This document shows, in pieces, positions 25,210 to 35,107 of a stretch of 64,000 nucleotides of DNA. Each line of letters opens with the position of its first letter. The stretch's first letter is position 1. Made by a program: the position numbers and the translations under genes. A model generated the notes under the pieces. That model had not been told where the DNA came from. It did no database searches and saw only the letters and a list, made by a program, of their open reading frames with translations. The DNA comes from a virus, in IMG/VR virus record IMGVR_UViG_3300034159_000059. One strand, written 5' to 3'.

Positions 25210-25283
25210 GCTCCCGTAGTTCAGTTGGATAGAACGTTGGCCTTCTAAGCCAAATGTCGCAGGTTCGAGTCCTGCCGGGAGCG
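25210..25283 (+). tRNA. tRNA-Arg(TCT)
   Basis: acceptor GCTCCCG/CGGGAGC, anticodon arm TTGGC-CTTCTAA-GCCAA, T-arm GCAGGTTCGAGTCCTGC. Confidence 0.8.
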
Positions 25284-25363
25284 CTTCGTCACTGCTATTC
25301 GGCTTCAAGAAGGGCCCGAGAGAAACTCCTCGGGCCCTTTCTCTTTAACCCAGGAGAGATCCG

Positions 25364-25546
25364 ATGGATCCGAACGAGAACCTGAGAGAGCAGCGCATCC
25401 TCGCCGATCGCATCATGCGGTGCAGGGCTCGGGAGCTGCCTGTCGACGAAGATGACGTAGAGCGTCTCGCTTCGTTGGTCGCCGCTCTGGATGAATGGAT
25501 CACCCGTGGAGGCTTTCTCCCACAAGCATGGCGCAACAATGAGTGA
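25364..25546 (+). CDS. hypothetical protein
   Basis: 60 aa, AGGAGAGATCCG SD. Confidence 0.4.
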   Translation: MDPNENLREQRILADRIMRCRARELPVDEDDVERLASLVAALDEWITRGGFLPQAWRNNE

Positions 25547-25907
25547 AGAACTCAAGCAGCTCTACCGCGAAATGGCGGATCTCACCAAACCTCGTTGCGC
25601 AAACGATTGCCATCCTACCCTTTCCTGCTGTTCTCCGGAGTACTGCGGTATGGCGATGGAGGTAGCAAAGACGTGGGGTGAGATGTTGGTGCCTACGTCT
25701 CACCCGCAGCTTCCCCTCATGGGAGACTCTGGGTGCTTGGCACCTCCCCATACCCGCCCCCTTTGTACTGTCCACGTATGTGAAGGAACGCTGCTACGCT
25801 CTGATCCGCAGTGGTATGAAGAGTACTGGCGCTTGAGGGAGCGCATTAGCGAGCTGGAGTACACCAGAGAGCAGCAGCGTAATACTAAGAGAGGACAGAC
25901 ATCATGA
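25539..25907 (+). CDS. Cys-rich hypothetical protein
   Basis: 122 aa, overlapping start/stop with neighbours. Confidence 0.45.
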   Translation: MSEELKQLYREMADLTKPRCANDCHPTLSCCSPEYCGMAMEVAKTWGEMLVPTSHPQLPLMGDSGCLAPPHTRPLCTVHVCEGTLLRSDPQWYEEYWRLRERISELEYTREQQRNTKRGQTS

Positions 25908-26158
25908 GCTTCTGGGTGTTCCTGTACGAACTCATCCGAGTTCGTTTCTGGAGATTTTACGTATGGGCGAATGCGGCTCTGCTGTTCGGAGTTCTCGCAG
26001 GGCTGTCTTCTTCGATCCACTACGGGAGAGTCTGGTGGTTCGGAGAGCTCGGCTTCGTCTTGACGACGAACCTGCTCATCACGATCGGCATCACTCGTTT
26101 CGCATGGGAGCACTGGCGCATCATCATCGGGAGCCATCTCCTAAACGATGAAGAGTAA
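25904..26158 (+). CDS. small membrane protein (2 TM)
   Basis: hydrophobic helices LLFGVLAGLSS and FVLTTNLLITIGI. Confidence 0.5.
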   Translation: MSFWVFLYELIRVRFWRFYVWANAALLFGVLAGLSSSIHYGRVWWFGELGFVLTTNLLITIGITRFAWEHWRIIIGSHLLNDEE

Positions 26159-26182
26159 GCGACCAGCGGAGTGCAGATAGTA

Positions 26183-26213
26183 AGAGAGCGCCAGCCTGCA
26201 ACTGGCGCTCTCT
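26183..26213. terminator. bidirectional terminator hairpin (convergent genes)
   Basis: 12-bp stem AGAGAGCGCCAG/CTGGCGCTCTCT between + strand 25904-26158 and - strand 26253-26567. Confidence 0.5.
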
Positions 26214-26252
26214 CGTTAAGCCCTCTTGGCCGGGGACGAGGGGCCTGGGGCT

Positions 26253-26567
26253 CTACCGCTTGACTGCCGCCGCAGCATGAGGCTGCGGAGGGCTGTAGTT
26301 CGGTGCGGGTTGAAGAGGGGCTGCTTCCTGAGAGTTGGCGGGAGCGTTCTTGATCAAGGTGTACTTCACCTCGCGATCCCACTCCTTCAGTTCCGCCCAG
26401 ATGTTCTTGACCGCGTCTCTGCATCTCCCACAGAGGTCCTCGTATACCAGACGCTGACCCTGGAAGCTAGCCTCGAAGTCCGCTCCCACTTTCTCTGACG
26501 CCGCCGGCACAAGCTCCGTCCTCTTACACCGGTCACAGCGGACCTTCACTACCTTCTCGCGAGCCAT
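26253..26567 (-). CDS. zinc-ribbon hypothetical protein
   Basis: CDRCKR...CGRC; internal Met start MAREKVVK. Confidence 0.45.
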   Translation of the reverse strand: MAREKVVKVRCDRCKRTELVPAASEKVGADFEASFQGQRLVYEDLCGRCRDAVKNIWAELKEWDREVKYTLIKNAPANSQEAAPLQPAPNYSPPQPHAAAAVKR

Positions 26568-26782
26568 CAGGCCCCTCCGTCGATCTTCCCGGCGTACTTC
26601 TGCATCAAGTAGGTGGTGAGAAGCACCGTCTCGGGTTTCGTGAGCGGCCCCTGGTACTTCCAGTCTGGTAGCCGCGCCATCCAATTCGAGAAGTCTTCGG
26701 CCTCCTTCTTGAAAAGCTCAGTGAGCTCTTCTTGAGAGAGGTTCTTGAACTCCTCGGCCAGTGTCAGGACAACTCCCTTCAT
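26567..26782 (-). CDS. hypothetical protein
   Basis: ORF 26567-26800, start at MKGVVLTL. Confidence 0.4.
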   Translation of the reverse strand: MKGVVLTLAEEFKNLSQEELTELFKKEAEDFSNWMARLPDWKYQGPLTKPETVLLTTYLMQKYAGKIDGGA

Positions 26783-26881
26783 GGACTCAGGTTTTCTCAC
26801 GTGCGAGAACGATGGTCAAGAGAATGCGCGGCTGTGGCATAAGAGTTTGTCAAGCAACCCGTTTACAGCTTCGAGGACTTC

Positions 26882-28243
26882 ATGACCTTTGATGAGAGAA
26901 ACGCGGGCTGGAAAGGGATTCCTTCCCGCGAGTTCCGACAGATCCAGACCCGTAGCTCGTCTCCTCGCGTCTGGAGCGTCCAGGTGGAGGGGAGAAATAT
27001 CACCACGGTCTGGGGCCAACTCGGTGGCGCGATGCAGGTCGCGAATGAGATCGCGAATGGCGTCAACATCGGGAAGAAGAACGAGGTGAGTCCCGAGGAC
27101 TATGCCCTCTACCTGGGTCGGGAGAAGTGTCGGAAGAAGCACTGGGAGGGGTATCGAGAGATCGACGCCCAAGGGAACTTCCTCGACCAGCACGTTGCTG
27201 AGGTAGACTTCGACAATCCGCCTCTGAACCTATGCTTCTGGAAACCGGACAACTCTCCTGGCGCTGGCATTCTCAAGAAGGCTGAGGCGAAGAAGGTCAT
27301 CTACGTTCGCAAGATGAACGGCCTCATGTTTTGCGCCTGGAGCAACTCGAAGGGACAGGTCTTCCTGACGTCCAGGAAGATGCTCCGACAGCAAGACGAT
27401 GAAGTCGGGACGAACTACACCTGGAACGACCGATTCCCTCACCTCATCCAGGCGATGGAGATGCCTCCAAGAAGCCTCATCCTCGGAGAGCTCATCGCCT
27501 TCGACAAGAACAACCGCGACAACCTCCACACCATCGAGAGCTACACCAAGTCCCTCACTCCCCGGGCGCTGGAGGATCAAGCAAAGAACGGTTGGGCTTG
27601 GTTCTACATGTGGGGAGTCGCGTTCTGGGACGGTCAGAACTTCGTATCAGACGTCCCGCTAGGTGCTCAGTACGAACTCATCACGAGCAAGTTCGCAAAC
27701 AAGTTTCCGATCATCCATCCCCAGATCGTCAAACCCGGGCAGTACGAAGGCTTCGAAACCCCTGCCCACTTCCGCAAGCTGGCAGAGCAGTGGGGTTGGG
27801 AAGGGTTCGTAATGGTGGACCCCGACGCCCCTCTCGGCGATCGCGGGATGAACTTCAAAGGCAAACCCGACAGGCCAGGCAAGGTGGCCGCCAAGGTGAA
27901 GCCGGAGTACGAGGACGACTTCGTCGTCTTCTGGGACCCTGAGAAGGGGTACGGCGAGTATTCGACCAAGGGCCGGTACGGCGGCAAGGGGATGGAGTCG
28001 GCGTGCTTGTACCAGTACAACTCCAAAGGCGAGCTCATCTACATCGCCAACTGTGGCTCCGGGTTGACAGAGGAGATGAAGACCAACGCCCACCCTTCAC
28101 AGTTTCCCCAGGTCTGGAAAATCAAGTACACCGAAAGACGTTACCAGTCTGACGGCGACAAGACGAACGCTCTGGACCACCCACGCCTCGACTCCCCTCG
28201 TACAGACAAGAAACCTGACGAATGTATCAACCCCAAACTCTGA
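26882..28243 (+). CDS. ATP-dependent ligase (nucleotidyltransferase superfamily) with N-terminal WGR domain
   Basis: WGR-like RVWSVQVEGRNITTVWGQLGG; ligase motif I KMNG, III LILGELIAFD, IV EGFVMV, V AAKVK. Confidence 0.7.
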   Translation: MTFDERNAGWKGIPSREFRQIQTRSSSPRVWSVQVEGRNITTVWGQLGGAMQVANEIANGVNIGKKNEVSPEDYALYLGREKCRKKHWEGYREIDAQGNFLDQHVAEVDFDNPPLNLCFWKPDNSPGAGILKKAEAKKVIYVRKMNGLMFCAWSNSKGQVFLTSRKMLRQQDDEVGTNYTWNDRFPHLIQAMEMPPRSLILGELIAFDKNNRDNLHTIESYTKSLTPRALEDQAKNGWAWFYMWGVAFWDGQNFVSDVPLGAQYELITSKFANKFPIIHPQIVKPGQYEGFETPAHFRKLAEQWGWEGFVMVDPDAPLGDRGMNFKGKPDRPGKVAAKVKPEYEDDFVVFWDPEKGYGEYSTKGRYGGKGMESACLYQYNSKGELIYIANCGSGLTEEMKTNAHPSQFPQVWKIKYTERRYQSDGDKTNALDHPRLDSPRTDKKPDECINPKL

Positions 28244-28255
28244 GAGGATAGACCC

Positions 28256-29245
28256 ATGACGACGACATTCAAGGTCAGCGATGTGAAGCGGGAAGGTCCC
28301 TTCTCTCCTTCGAAATACGTGTCGGACCTCGACCAAGCGTTCAGTCACTTCTCCAAGAAGCTCGGTATGCGCTTCGAGGCGGTGGGTGGGCCCGCCAAGG
28401 TCTTGCCAGAAGGGCTGAACGGGTTCTGGTCAGCGATAGACATGGCCTTCAACTGGCACATTCCTCTGGGCCTCACACCGGACCATGTCTGGCTCACCAT
28501 CAGCCGCACTTTCGCAGAGCACGTGGTGAAGAATGCGGAAGAGCTTCGAAAGCGCTTCGTAGACTTCGACGGCCAGAAGCTGCTAACGGTTCGTCGAGAC
28601 AACTTCGTGAAGGGGAGCGCTGAGAACGACTGGCAAGGCGTCTTCTCCGAGTTCTCCGACCAGATCGCCGAGAACATCGGAAAAGCTCGGGACCTCGTAG
28701 TCTGCAACTTCTCCACCACAGGTCCGGTCGAGAAGGCGGCGTCTGAGGTGGTGCTCATGGACGCCATGCAGAAGTATTTCAAGTACGAAATCATGACCTG
28801 CTGCGGCATCCCAGAGATCACACTCTTCGGCACTACGCAGGACTGGATGGACGTTCTGGTTCGTACTCGTAATCTCGGCGAGTACGGGCTTCAGGAATGG
28901 GTGGAGGACCTTCTACCGGTGCTGGAGCAGTTCGTGCGCGCCTCTACGGGAGATGTCGATACCGAGTGGTGGCAGAGCTTCTACAAGGAATACTCCGGGT
29001 CGGGTAGTGTGACGATTGACGGGCACTTCACGAAGTTCTTCCCACGAAGCGCCGGGGCTCCCTTCGTCGGCAGGAAGAGTATGTCTCCGAGCGACATTCC
29101 GTTCGCCGTCTCAAAAGTGCCGTTCGTGTGGACCTACTACACAGAGAGCTTCGATATGCTGTTCGTCGCCGGAGTCCCCTTCGCGACGGTACAAAACGGC
29201 ATGATGATCCCAGCAGCGGCGTGGGCCGTCGGGGAACAGGCGTAA
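28256..29245 (+). CDS. hypothetical protein
   Basis: 329 aa, GAGAGGATAGACCC SD. Confidence 0.55.
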   Translation: MTTTFKVSDVKREGPFSPSKYVSDLDQAFSHFSKKLGMRFEAVGGPAKVLPEGLNGFWSAIDMAFNWHIPLGLTPDHVWLTISRTFAEHVVKNAEELRKRFVDFDGQKLLTVRRDNFVKGSAENDWQGVFSEFSDQIAENIGKARDLVVCNFSTTGPVEKAASEVVLMDAMQKYFKYEIMTCCGIPEITLFGTTQDWMDVLVRTRNLGEYGLQEWVEDLLPVLEQFVRASTGDVDTEWWQSFYKEYSGSGSVTIDGHFTKFFPRSAGAPFVGRKSMSPSDIPFAVSKVPFVWTYYTESFDMLFVAGVPFATVQNGMMIPAAAWAVGEQA

Positions 29246-29270
29246 CAGAGTCTCTACACGAAAGGGCAGT

Positions 29271-29897
29271 ATGACCACCGAGGCCAAATCGGCGTTCGTC
29301 GTGGCCGTCACAGGGCACCGTCCTGACAAGCTCGGCGGATACAACACCCCGAACCCTCTCTACGACCTCGTCATCAAGGGACTGGTCGACGCCTTCGAGA
29401 AGCTCAAGCCAGCTTACGTCATCAGCGGCATGGCTTTGGGCGTCGACCAGTGGGCCGCTGAAGTCTGTCTCAACATGGGCATCCCCTTCGTGGCGGCCAT
29501 TCCATTCATCGGGCAGGAGAAGATCTGGCCTCCGAAATCTCAGATCAAGTACCACCTGCTCCTCTCCAAAGCCTTCGCCAAATACGTCATCTGTGAAGAA
29601 GGCTTTGCGCCTTGGAAGATGAAGAAGCGCAACGAGTGGATGGTCGACTCTTGTCAGCAGGTGGTCGCCGTCTGGAACGGTACTAAGGGAGGTACCGCTT
29701 CCTGCGTTGAGATGGCGCATGCGAAAGGGAAACCGATCCACTACGTCCAACTCCCACCGCCCGGAATGGAGGTCGGAGACTTCTACCAGAAGCTTGTGGG
29801 GGAGAAGTCAACCATCGTGGACGACCTCCTCAAAGAAGAAGCGCAGAAGGAGAAGACCGTCGTTAAGCCTGGAACGAAACGAATCGTGGAGCTCTAG
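29271..29897 (+). CDS. YpsA-like SLOG domain protein (DUF1273 family) with C-terminal KRIVEL tag
   Basis: VAVTGHRPDKLGG, ISGMALGVDQWAAEV and AAIPFIGQEKIWP align with B. subtilis YpsA (ITGYKP, ISGQLGVELWAAEA, AVITPFYEQEKNW); ends ...VVKPGTKRIVEL. Confidence 0.7.
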   Translation: MTTEAKSAFVVAVTGHRPDKLGGYNTPNPLYDLVIKGLVDAFEKLKPAYVISGMALGVDQWAAEVCLNMGIPFVAAIPFIGQEKIWPPKSQIKYHLLLSKAFAKYVICEEGFAPWKMKKRNEWMVDSCQQVVAVWNGTKGGTASCVEMAHAKGKPIHYVQLPPPGMEVGDFYQKLVGEKSTIVDDLLKEEAQKEKTVVKPGTKRIVEL

Positions 29898-29899
29898 CC

Positions 29900-30574
29900 A
29901 TGAGTGATTGGTGTGTTTGCGGGCACGGCTCCCACTGGCACCAACCACGGGAAGGCGGCCCCTACGAGTGGAGTTGCAAGTTCTCGGAATACCACGGCGC
30001 ATGTGCCTGTCAGAAGTTCGACGAAGCTGACAACACGTGGGACGTATGTGACGACTGCGGACATCCGTATTCAGGAGGAGATTGGTCATTAGGACACAAG
30101 AAGGGGAAGCAGTGCGAGCATCTGTATTGTGCTTGCAAGGAGTTCAAGCCACACCCCTTCGCTAAGAAGTTGCGGCTGACCTTCAACCTCTCCGACTCCC
30201 GAATCCTGCGCTACGACCCGACGGACGTGCTGGTGTCTCTCCACACAAAGAAGGGAGTGGAGCTCAAAGGGAGAGGGTACGACCGACAGAGTCTCGGTGC
30301 CTGGGATAGTCCTGTCGTATTCCAGGCCACAGAGGCTTGGGATGTAGATCCGGCGCTCATCCGACTTCTAGTAGAGCCGAACGTGGACCAGTTCCTCTTC
30401 GAGCTGTCCAGAGAAGTTCATCTACACAGAGGAGAGAAGGTCTGGGTGAAGATGAACCTTCAACTCTTCGGCACTCCGATCGCAGAGTTGCAGAAGAACC
30501 TAAAAGGCCCGAAGGAGCCCTCTCTCGTACAGATGGATGGTCCTTCCGGGCATAAGAGGATTGTGGAGGTCTGA
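29900..30574 (+). CDS. Cys/His-rich protein with C-terminal KRIVEV tag
   Basis: N-terminal CVCGHGSHWH...CACQK...CDDCGH...CEHLYCAC metal-binding clusters; ends ...GPSGHKRIVEV. Confidence 0.6.
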   Translation: MSDWCVCGHGSHWHQPREGGPYEWSCKFSEYHGACACQKFDEADNTWDVCDDCGHPYSGGDWSLGHKKGKQCEHLYCACKEFKPHPFAKKLRLTFNLSDSRILRYDPTDVLVSLHTKKGVELKGRGYDRQSLGAWDSPVVFQATEAWDVDPALIRLLVEPNVDQFLFELSREVHLHRGEKVWVKMNLQLFGTPIAELQKNLKGPKEPSLVQMDGPSGHKRIVEV

Positions 30575-30577
30575 CGG

Positions 30578-31115
30578 CGTGAAATACTTCTTGGATACAG
30601 AATTCATCGAGAACGGGCGACGAGAACCGCTCCAACTCCTCAGCCTTGGCATCGTGGCCGAGAACGGTTCGGAGATCTACTTCGAGAACAGCGAGGCTGA
30701 TTTCACCAAGGCCAACGACTGGGTGAAGAAGAACGTCTTTCCCTGGCTGGAACGGATCGGGCCGGTACTGAGAACTCCTGCTGAGATGGCAGAAGAGATC
30801 AAGAAATTCATTCCCCCGAAGCCAGGTTATGACAAAAACGGCGGTCTCCCGTCGGGTCTCTGGGACGCGCCGGAGTTTTGGGCCTACTTCGCCGACTACG
30901 ACTGGGTCCTCTTCTGCCAGCTTTTCGGCACGATGATGGACCTACCAGAGGGATACCCGATGTACTGCATGGACTTGATGCAGTACGCCAAGCATATCGG
31001 GATCCCGAGGAGGGCATTCCCCGAACAAGATCAGGTCGAACACAACGCTCTCAACGATGCTCGCTGGAACAAGAAGGTGTTCGAGTTCCTGGAGCAGCAA
31101 AGGAAACTCCGATGA
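30578..31115 (+). CDS. DEDDh 3'-5' exonuclease (DnaQ/RNase T-like)
   Basis: Exo I YFLDTEF (DxE), Exo III HNALNDARW; GTG start after GGAGG. Confidence 0.6.
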
Positions 31116-31942
31116 AGTTCTACGTGGCCTCGAAGGTCGAGAACCTGGTAGCAGTGAAGAAGCTCATCGCCCTTCTCACGAGCATGGGGCACGTCGTCAC
31201 CGAGGACTGGACGGAGAAGGTGGCTACCGATCTGACGGGGGCCGCCTTGCGCCAGTACCTACAGGCTCGCGCAGTTGAGGACTACAACGGCGTCGTGACC
31301 TGCGATGTCTTGGTTTTCCTCAACCATCCTCGATGCGCCGGCTCCTTCACGGAGTTCGGAATCGCTCTCCCGATCAGCAAGATCGTGGTGGTCGTCGGAG
31401 CTTGGGAGGAGGACAACCCCAGCAACGTCTTCTTCCACCTCCCAGATGTCCACCACTTCGACACGGACGAAGAAGCCGCTGAGTTCGTCAACGAGTGCGA
31501 GCGTCGCAAGGGAGAGAGACCGGACGCGCTCTACCACCCTTTGACCATCCAGCTCGACAGCGAGGCCAAGAAGAGGATGTTGGCGGCCATCGAGGAGTGG
31601 AAGAGCAAGCCTCTTCCGATGGAGCAGTGGGGGCCGGAACTCCGTCCGGCCCTCATGTGGTTCGCGATGCTGATGGAGCAGAAGCTTCGTCACCACGACT
31701 CCTCCAGAGGAGAGTCTGGGTGGAGAGGGGATGAGAGCCTTGGCCTCATCCCGGCCGAGAGGCAGGACCTCGTCCACTGGATCAAGAGCAAGCTGGAGAA
31801 GCTGAACACCGCTGTGCTCACCAAGGACCCCATCTCCGTGACCAACGCGGCGGTCGACATCGCGAACTTGGCGATGATGGTCGCTGATCTTTGGGGAGAG
31901 ACGGTTCCAGAGGAGCGCAAGCTCTTCGACACAATCGGGTAG
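31112..31942 (+). CDS. nucleoside 2-deoxyribosyltransferase-like (SLOG) domain protein with helical C-terminal domain
   Basis: KFYVASK...CDVLVFLNHPRCAGSFTEFGIAL matches NDT family (iYlAGp...aDvvva.ld...GTafElGyA); C-terminal half all-alpha, possibly MazG-like. Confidence 0.5.
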   Translation: MKFYVASKVENLVAVKKLIALLTSMGHVVTEDWTEKVATDLTGAALRQYLQARAVEDYNGVVTCDVLVFLNHPRCAGSFTEFGIALPISKIVVVVGAWEEDNPSNVFFHLPDVHHFDTDEEAAEFVNECERRKGERPDALYHPLTIQLDSEAKKRMLAAIEEWKSKPLPMEQWGPELRPALMWFAMLMEQKLRHHDSSRGESGWRGDESLGLIPAERQDLVHWIKSKLEKLNTAVLTKDPISVTNAAVDIANLAMMVADLWGETVPEERKLFDTIG

Positions 31943-31951
31943 GAGAACGAC

Positions 31952-32599
31952 ATGGGAGCTGTTCCGCAGGACGACTACCCGACTCCGCAACCGCTCGCGG
32001 ACGAAATCACCAAGTTCCTTTTCGAGCTGTTTCCACAGAAGAAGATCCTCATCGAACCCGCCTGTGGGGAGGGGAACTTCATTCGACCATCGAAGCAGCT
32101 CTGGACGAATGCCTACCACATGGGGATCGACATCTTCGAGAAGTATAGGGCGCCAGTTGAGAGTCTGGCCGCGCAGTACTTTTGCAGCGACTTCCTGGCA
32201 TACGCCCCAATCCTGAAACAAGAATGGTTGCGCGAAGAGACGTTGGTGTTGGGGAACCCTCCCTACAGCAACGAGCTGCCCCAGAGGTTCGTCGAGGTGA
32301 TCTCTCAGAACGCGCGGCCGGGATGCCACATCGCACTCCTTCTACGACAGGGGTTCCTGGGGGGAATCGGACGAGCGTTGCGCTTCAAGGAACGTAGCTC
32401 CTTGCTCATCAAGAGGGACATCGCGGGAAGGCCAAAGTTCAACCCCAACTCCAAGAACCAAGACCACTCCGAGTACGCCGTCTACATCTACGAGGTCGGG
32501 TACAAGGGGCACTACACGGGATGGGAAGATCCTCTCATCTGGAAACCATCCCATCTCAAGAAACTGGCCGCGCTGAAGGCCAATCAGGAGGCTGCGTGA
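31952..32599 (+). CDS. N6-adenine methyltransferase (NPPY motif)
   Basis: motif I LIEPACGEGNF and motif IV LGNPPY. Confidence 0.7.
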   Translation: MGAVPQDDYPTPQPLADEITKFLFELFPQKKILIEPACGEGNFIRPSKQLWTNAYHMGIDIFEKYRAPVESLAAQYFCSDFLAYAPILKQEWLREETLVLGNPPYSNELPQRFVEVISQNARPGCHIALLLRQGFLGGIGRALRFKERSSLLIKRDIAGRPKFNPNSKNQDHSEYAVYIYEVGYKGHYTGWEDPLIWKPSHLKKLAALKANQEAA

Positions 32600-32934
32600 A
32601 ACAGATCCAGATCTCTCCGACAGGGAAAGTGACCTACGTCTACGACGACGTACTGGCCCTGACGTTGAAGACTCTAGGAGAGCTCAAAGTGGGCCGAGCC
32701 TCCAACGTGGAATGGGAAGACTACCTCATCCCCTCCACAGGGCAGCGGTACACAGGTTGGACTGTTCGGTCTGCCGCGCAGCCGCTCTACCGCTTCCTCC
32801 AACGCTCTCCAGCAGATGGGAGCATCGAGGTCACCCACAACGGAGGAGGGCTTCCCGCTTTCTTCCCAACCAGAGAAGAGGCGTTGAGGGAAGAGGTCGC
32901 TCACTTCTGGGAACTGCTACCAAAGGAGAACTGA
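32596..32934 (+). CDS. hypothetical protein
   Basis: ORF 32521-32934; GTG overlapping MTase stop chosen. Confidence 0.35.
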   Translation: MKQIQISPTGKVTYVYDDVLALTLKTLGELKVGRASNVEWEDYLIPSTGQRYTGWTVRSAAQPLYRFLQRSPADGSIEVTHNGGGLPAFFPTREEALREEVAHFWELLPKEN

Positions 32935-32935
32935 C

Positions 32936-34555
32936 ATGGATGTGGTTCGGACTCTGATCGAGAAGGTCAAGGCGGGCTATCCAGCCCTGTACATGCTGAC
33001 TCCGGAGGATGCCAGAGCTACTGCTTGTATCGAAGCGGCAGCAGACAAGATGAATTCCACCTCCTCGGGACCGGAGAAGGTGGAGCGCAAGGTCTACATC
33101 TGGACGCTTGAGAAAGGACTCACCCTCAAGGAAGAGGAGAAGACGGGAGCCAAGAAAGGAAAAATAACCACCAAGGTGGTCGCAGACTCCGGAAGCCCTG
33201 ACACAGCGCTGGTGAAGGCCCACGATCTTCCCCAGGGAGCGATCGTAGTGCTGCGACACTACCACCACTTCCTGGAGTCCCCCGCCATCCAGGCCCTGCT
33301 CCTCGACCTCCTGCCGCTGTTCAAGGGGACGCGCCGACAGATCATCGTCCTCACTCCCGTCCTGAAGCTTCCGGTTGAGTTGGAGAAGGAGTTCTCCCTC
33401 GTCGAAGTCCCGCTGCCGACGAAGGAGGAGTTGTTCCCGATCGTCGACTCCTTCGCCACGAACTTCCCCGAGCCTACCCCGGAAGCTCGCAAGCAGCTCG
33501 CCGAGAACGCCCGGGGGCTCACACTCACCGAAGCTGAGAATGCCATCGCCCTTTCGGTCATCCGGCCCAACAACGGCAAGAAAGGTCCCGTCATCTGGGA
33601 CCCCAAGGTCGTGCAGGATGAGAAGTGCGATACGGTGAAGAAGAGTGGGTTTCTCACCTACTACCCCGAGCACAGCATCGGCCTCGAACAGCTCGGCGGC
33701 ATGAAGCTCCTCAAGGACTGGCTCCAGAAGCGCGCCAAGGTCTTCCAGGAGCCCGAGAAGGCGGCGGAGTTCGGACTGCCCATCCCCAAGGGCGTTCTCA
33801 TGCTGGGGCCTCCTGGGACGGGCAAGTCGCTCGGTGCTAAGGTGACCGCGTCCGCGTTCGGGCTACCCCTCATCCGGGTCGACATGGGCTCCATCTTCGG
33901 CGGCATCGTTGGCCAGTCCGAGGCGAATGCCCGAGCGGTCATCCGCTTCCTCGAAGCCGTCTCTCCCTGCATCGGCTGGTTGGATGAAATCGAGAAGGGC
34001 TTCGCAGGCTCCAGCGGCGGCCAGCTCGACTCGGGTGTTGGTGCTCGCGTGCTTGGCACCTTCCTCACCTGGATGCAGGAGAAGACCGCTCCGGTCTTCA
34101 TCTACGCCACTGCGAACAACGTGTCCGTTCTCCCTCCCGAGCTTCTTCGGAAGGGCCGCTTCGATGAGATGTTCTTCGTCAACCTCCCTTCCAGGGAAGA
34201 GCGCGAAGAGATCTTCCGCATCCACATCAAGCGCTACGGAAGAGAGGCCATGCTCTCAGGGGCCGAGGGGAAGCCTCCTCGGGTCCACGTGAAGCAGCTT
34301 GCCGAGATGACCGAAGGCTACTCGGGCGCTGAGATCGAGGCCGTCATCCGAGACGCGCTCTTCGACTCCTTCCAGGCCGGAGCAGACCTCAACATGATGG
34401 ATCTGCAAGAAGTCATGACGTATGTGGTGCCGCTTCAGAAGCTCATGGAGAGGGAGATCAAGGATCTCCAGAAGTGGGCTGAGGGACGTTGCCGACCGGC
34501 GAACCTCGGCGATGTCTACGATGGCAAGAAGGGGACCCGCGTCGTCGAATCGTAA
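32936..34555 (+). CDS. AAA+ ATPase (classical CDC48/FtsH-type AAA module) with unique N-terminal domain
   Basis: Walker A GPPGTGKS, Walker B GWLDEIEK, second region of homology [21 protein letters not shown]; 539 aa. Confidence 0.8.
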   Translation: MDVVRTLIEKVKAGYPALYMLTPEDARATACIEAAADKMNSTSSGPEKVERKVYIWTLEKGLTLKEEEKTGAKKGKITTKVVADSGSPDTALVKAHDLPQGAIVVLRHYHHFLESPAIQALLLDLLPLFKGTRRQIIVLTPVLKLPVELEKEFSLVEVPLPTKEELFPIVDSFATNFPEPTPEARKQLAENARGLTLTEAENAIALSVIRPNNGKKGPVIWDPKVVQDEKCDTVKKSGFLTYYPEHSIGLEQLGGMKLLKDWLQKRAKVFQEPEKAAEFGLPIPKGVLMLGPPGTGKSLGAKVTASAFGLPLIRVDMGSIFGGIVGQSEANARAVIRFLEAVSPCIGWLDEIEKGFAGSSGGQLDSGVGARVLGTFLTWMQEKTAPVFIYATANNVSVLPPELLRKGRFDEMFFVNLPSREEREEIFRIHIKRYGREAMLSGAEGKPPRVHVKQLAEMTEGYSGAEIEAVIRDALFDSFQAGADLNMMDLQEVMTYVVPLQKLMEREIKDLQKWAEGRCRPANLGDVYDGKKGTRVVES

Positions 34556-34627
34556 GGTGTCGTACATCCGCTATACAATGGGTCAGCTCCTGACGCTAGG
34601 AGCTGACCCGTCCTTTCAGGAGAACGC

Positions 34628-35098
34628 ATGAGCCACTACGCCGCGATGGAAGTCGATTTCGACGTGAAGTACGAGCAGAACTTGGTCGCTGCCCTGGAAA
34701 AGGTCTTCGGCAAGGGGAACGTCGAGGTTCACGAGAACGGAGCGCCCCTCTTCGGCTGGCACGGGGACGACCGCTCCCAAGTGGGCAAGAAGAGCCAGGA
34801 CTACGCACCTCCGTGCGAGGTCATCGTCCGTCGGAAGCACGTTGGGGGCGCGGCCAACGACCTCGGTTTCCGACGGACGAAAGAGGGCAAGTACGAGTCG
34901 TACATCAGCGACCACGACAAGGGCGCCAACTTCTCGAAGGAGAAGCAGGGTCTCGTGGCTCAAGAGTACGGGCTGCGCGTCACCGAACAGGTCCTCAAGA
35001 GTGAAGGGTGGAGCAAGTTCACACGCACGACCCTCAGTGACGGCTCCGTGAGGATTGAGGCCAAGGAGCCGACGCTCAAGCTCCGAAACTGGAAGTAG
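34628..35098 (+). CDS. DUF1257-family protein
   Basis: MSHY... start, LVAALEKV, IVRRK...DLGFRRTKEGKYE, DGSVRIEAKE match the DUF1257 profile (normally paired with DUF2997). Confidence 0.55.
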   Translation: MSHYAAMEVDFDVKYEQNLVAALEKVFGKGNVEVHENGAPLFGWHGDDRSQVGKKSQDYAPPCEVIVRRKHVGGAANDLGFRRTKEGKYESYISDHDKGANFSKEKQGLVAQEYGLRVTEQVLKSEGWSKFTRTTLSDGSVRIEAKEPTLKLRNWK

Positions 35099-35107
35099 GA
35101 GGTTTTC

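Noticed and set aside
31259-32329. 356-aa - strand ORF antisense to NDT-like and methyltransferase genes
   Set aside because: + strand frames carry NDT and NPPY motifs; the antisense frame has no motifs.
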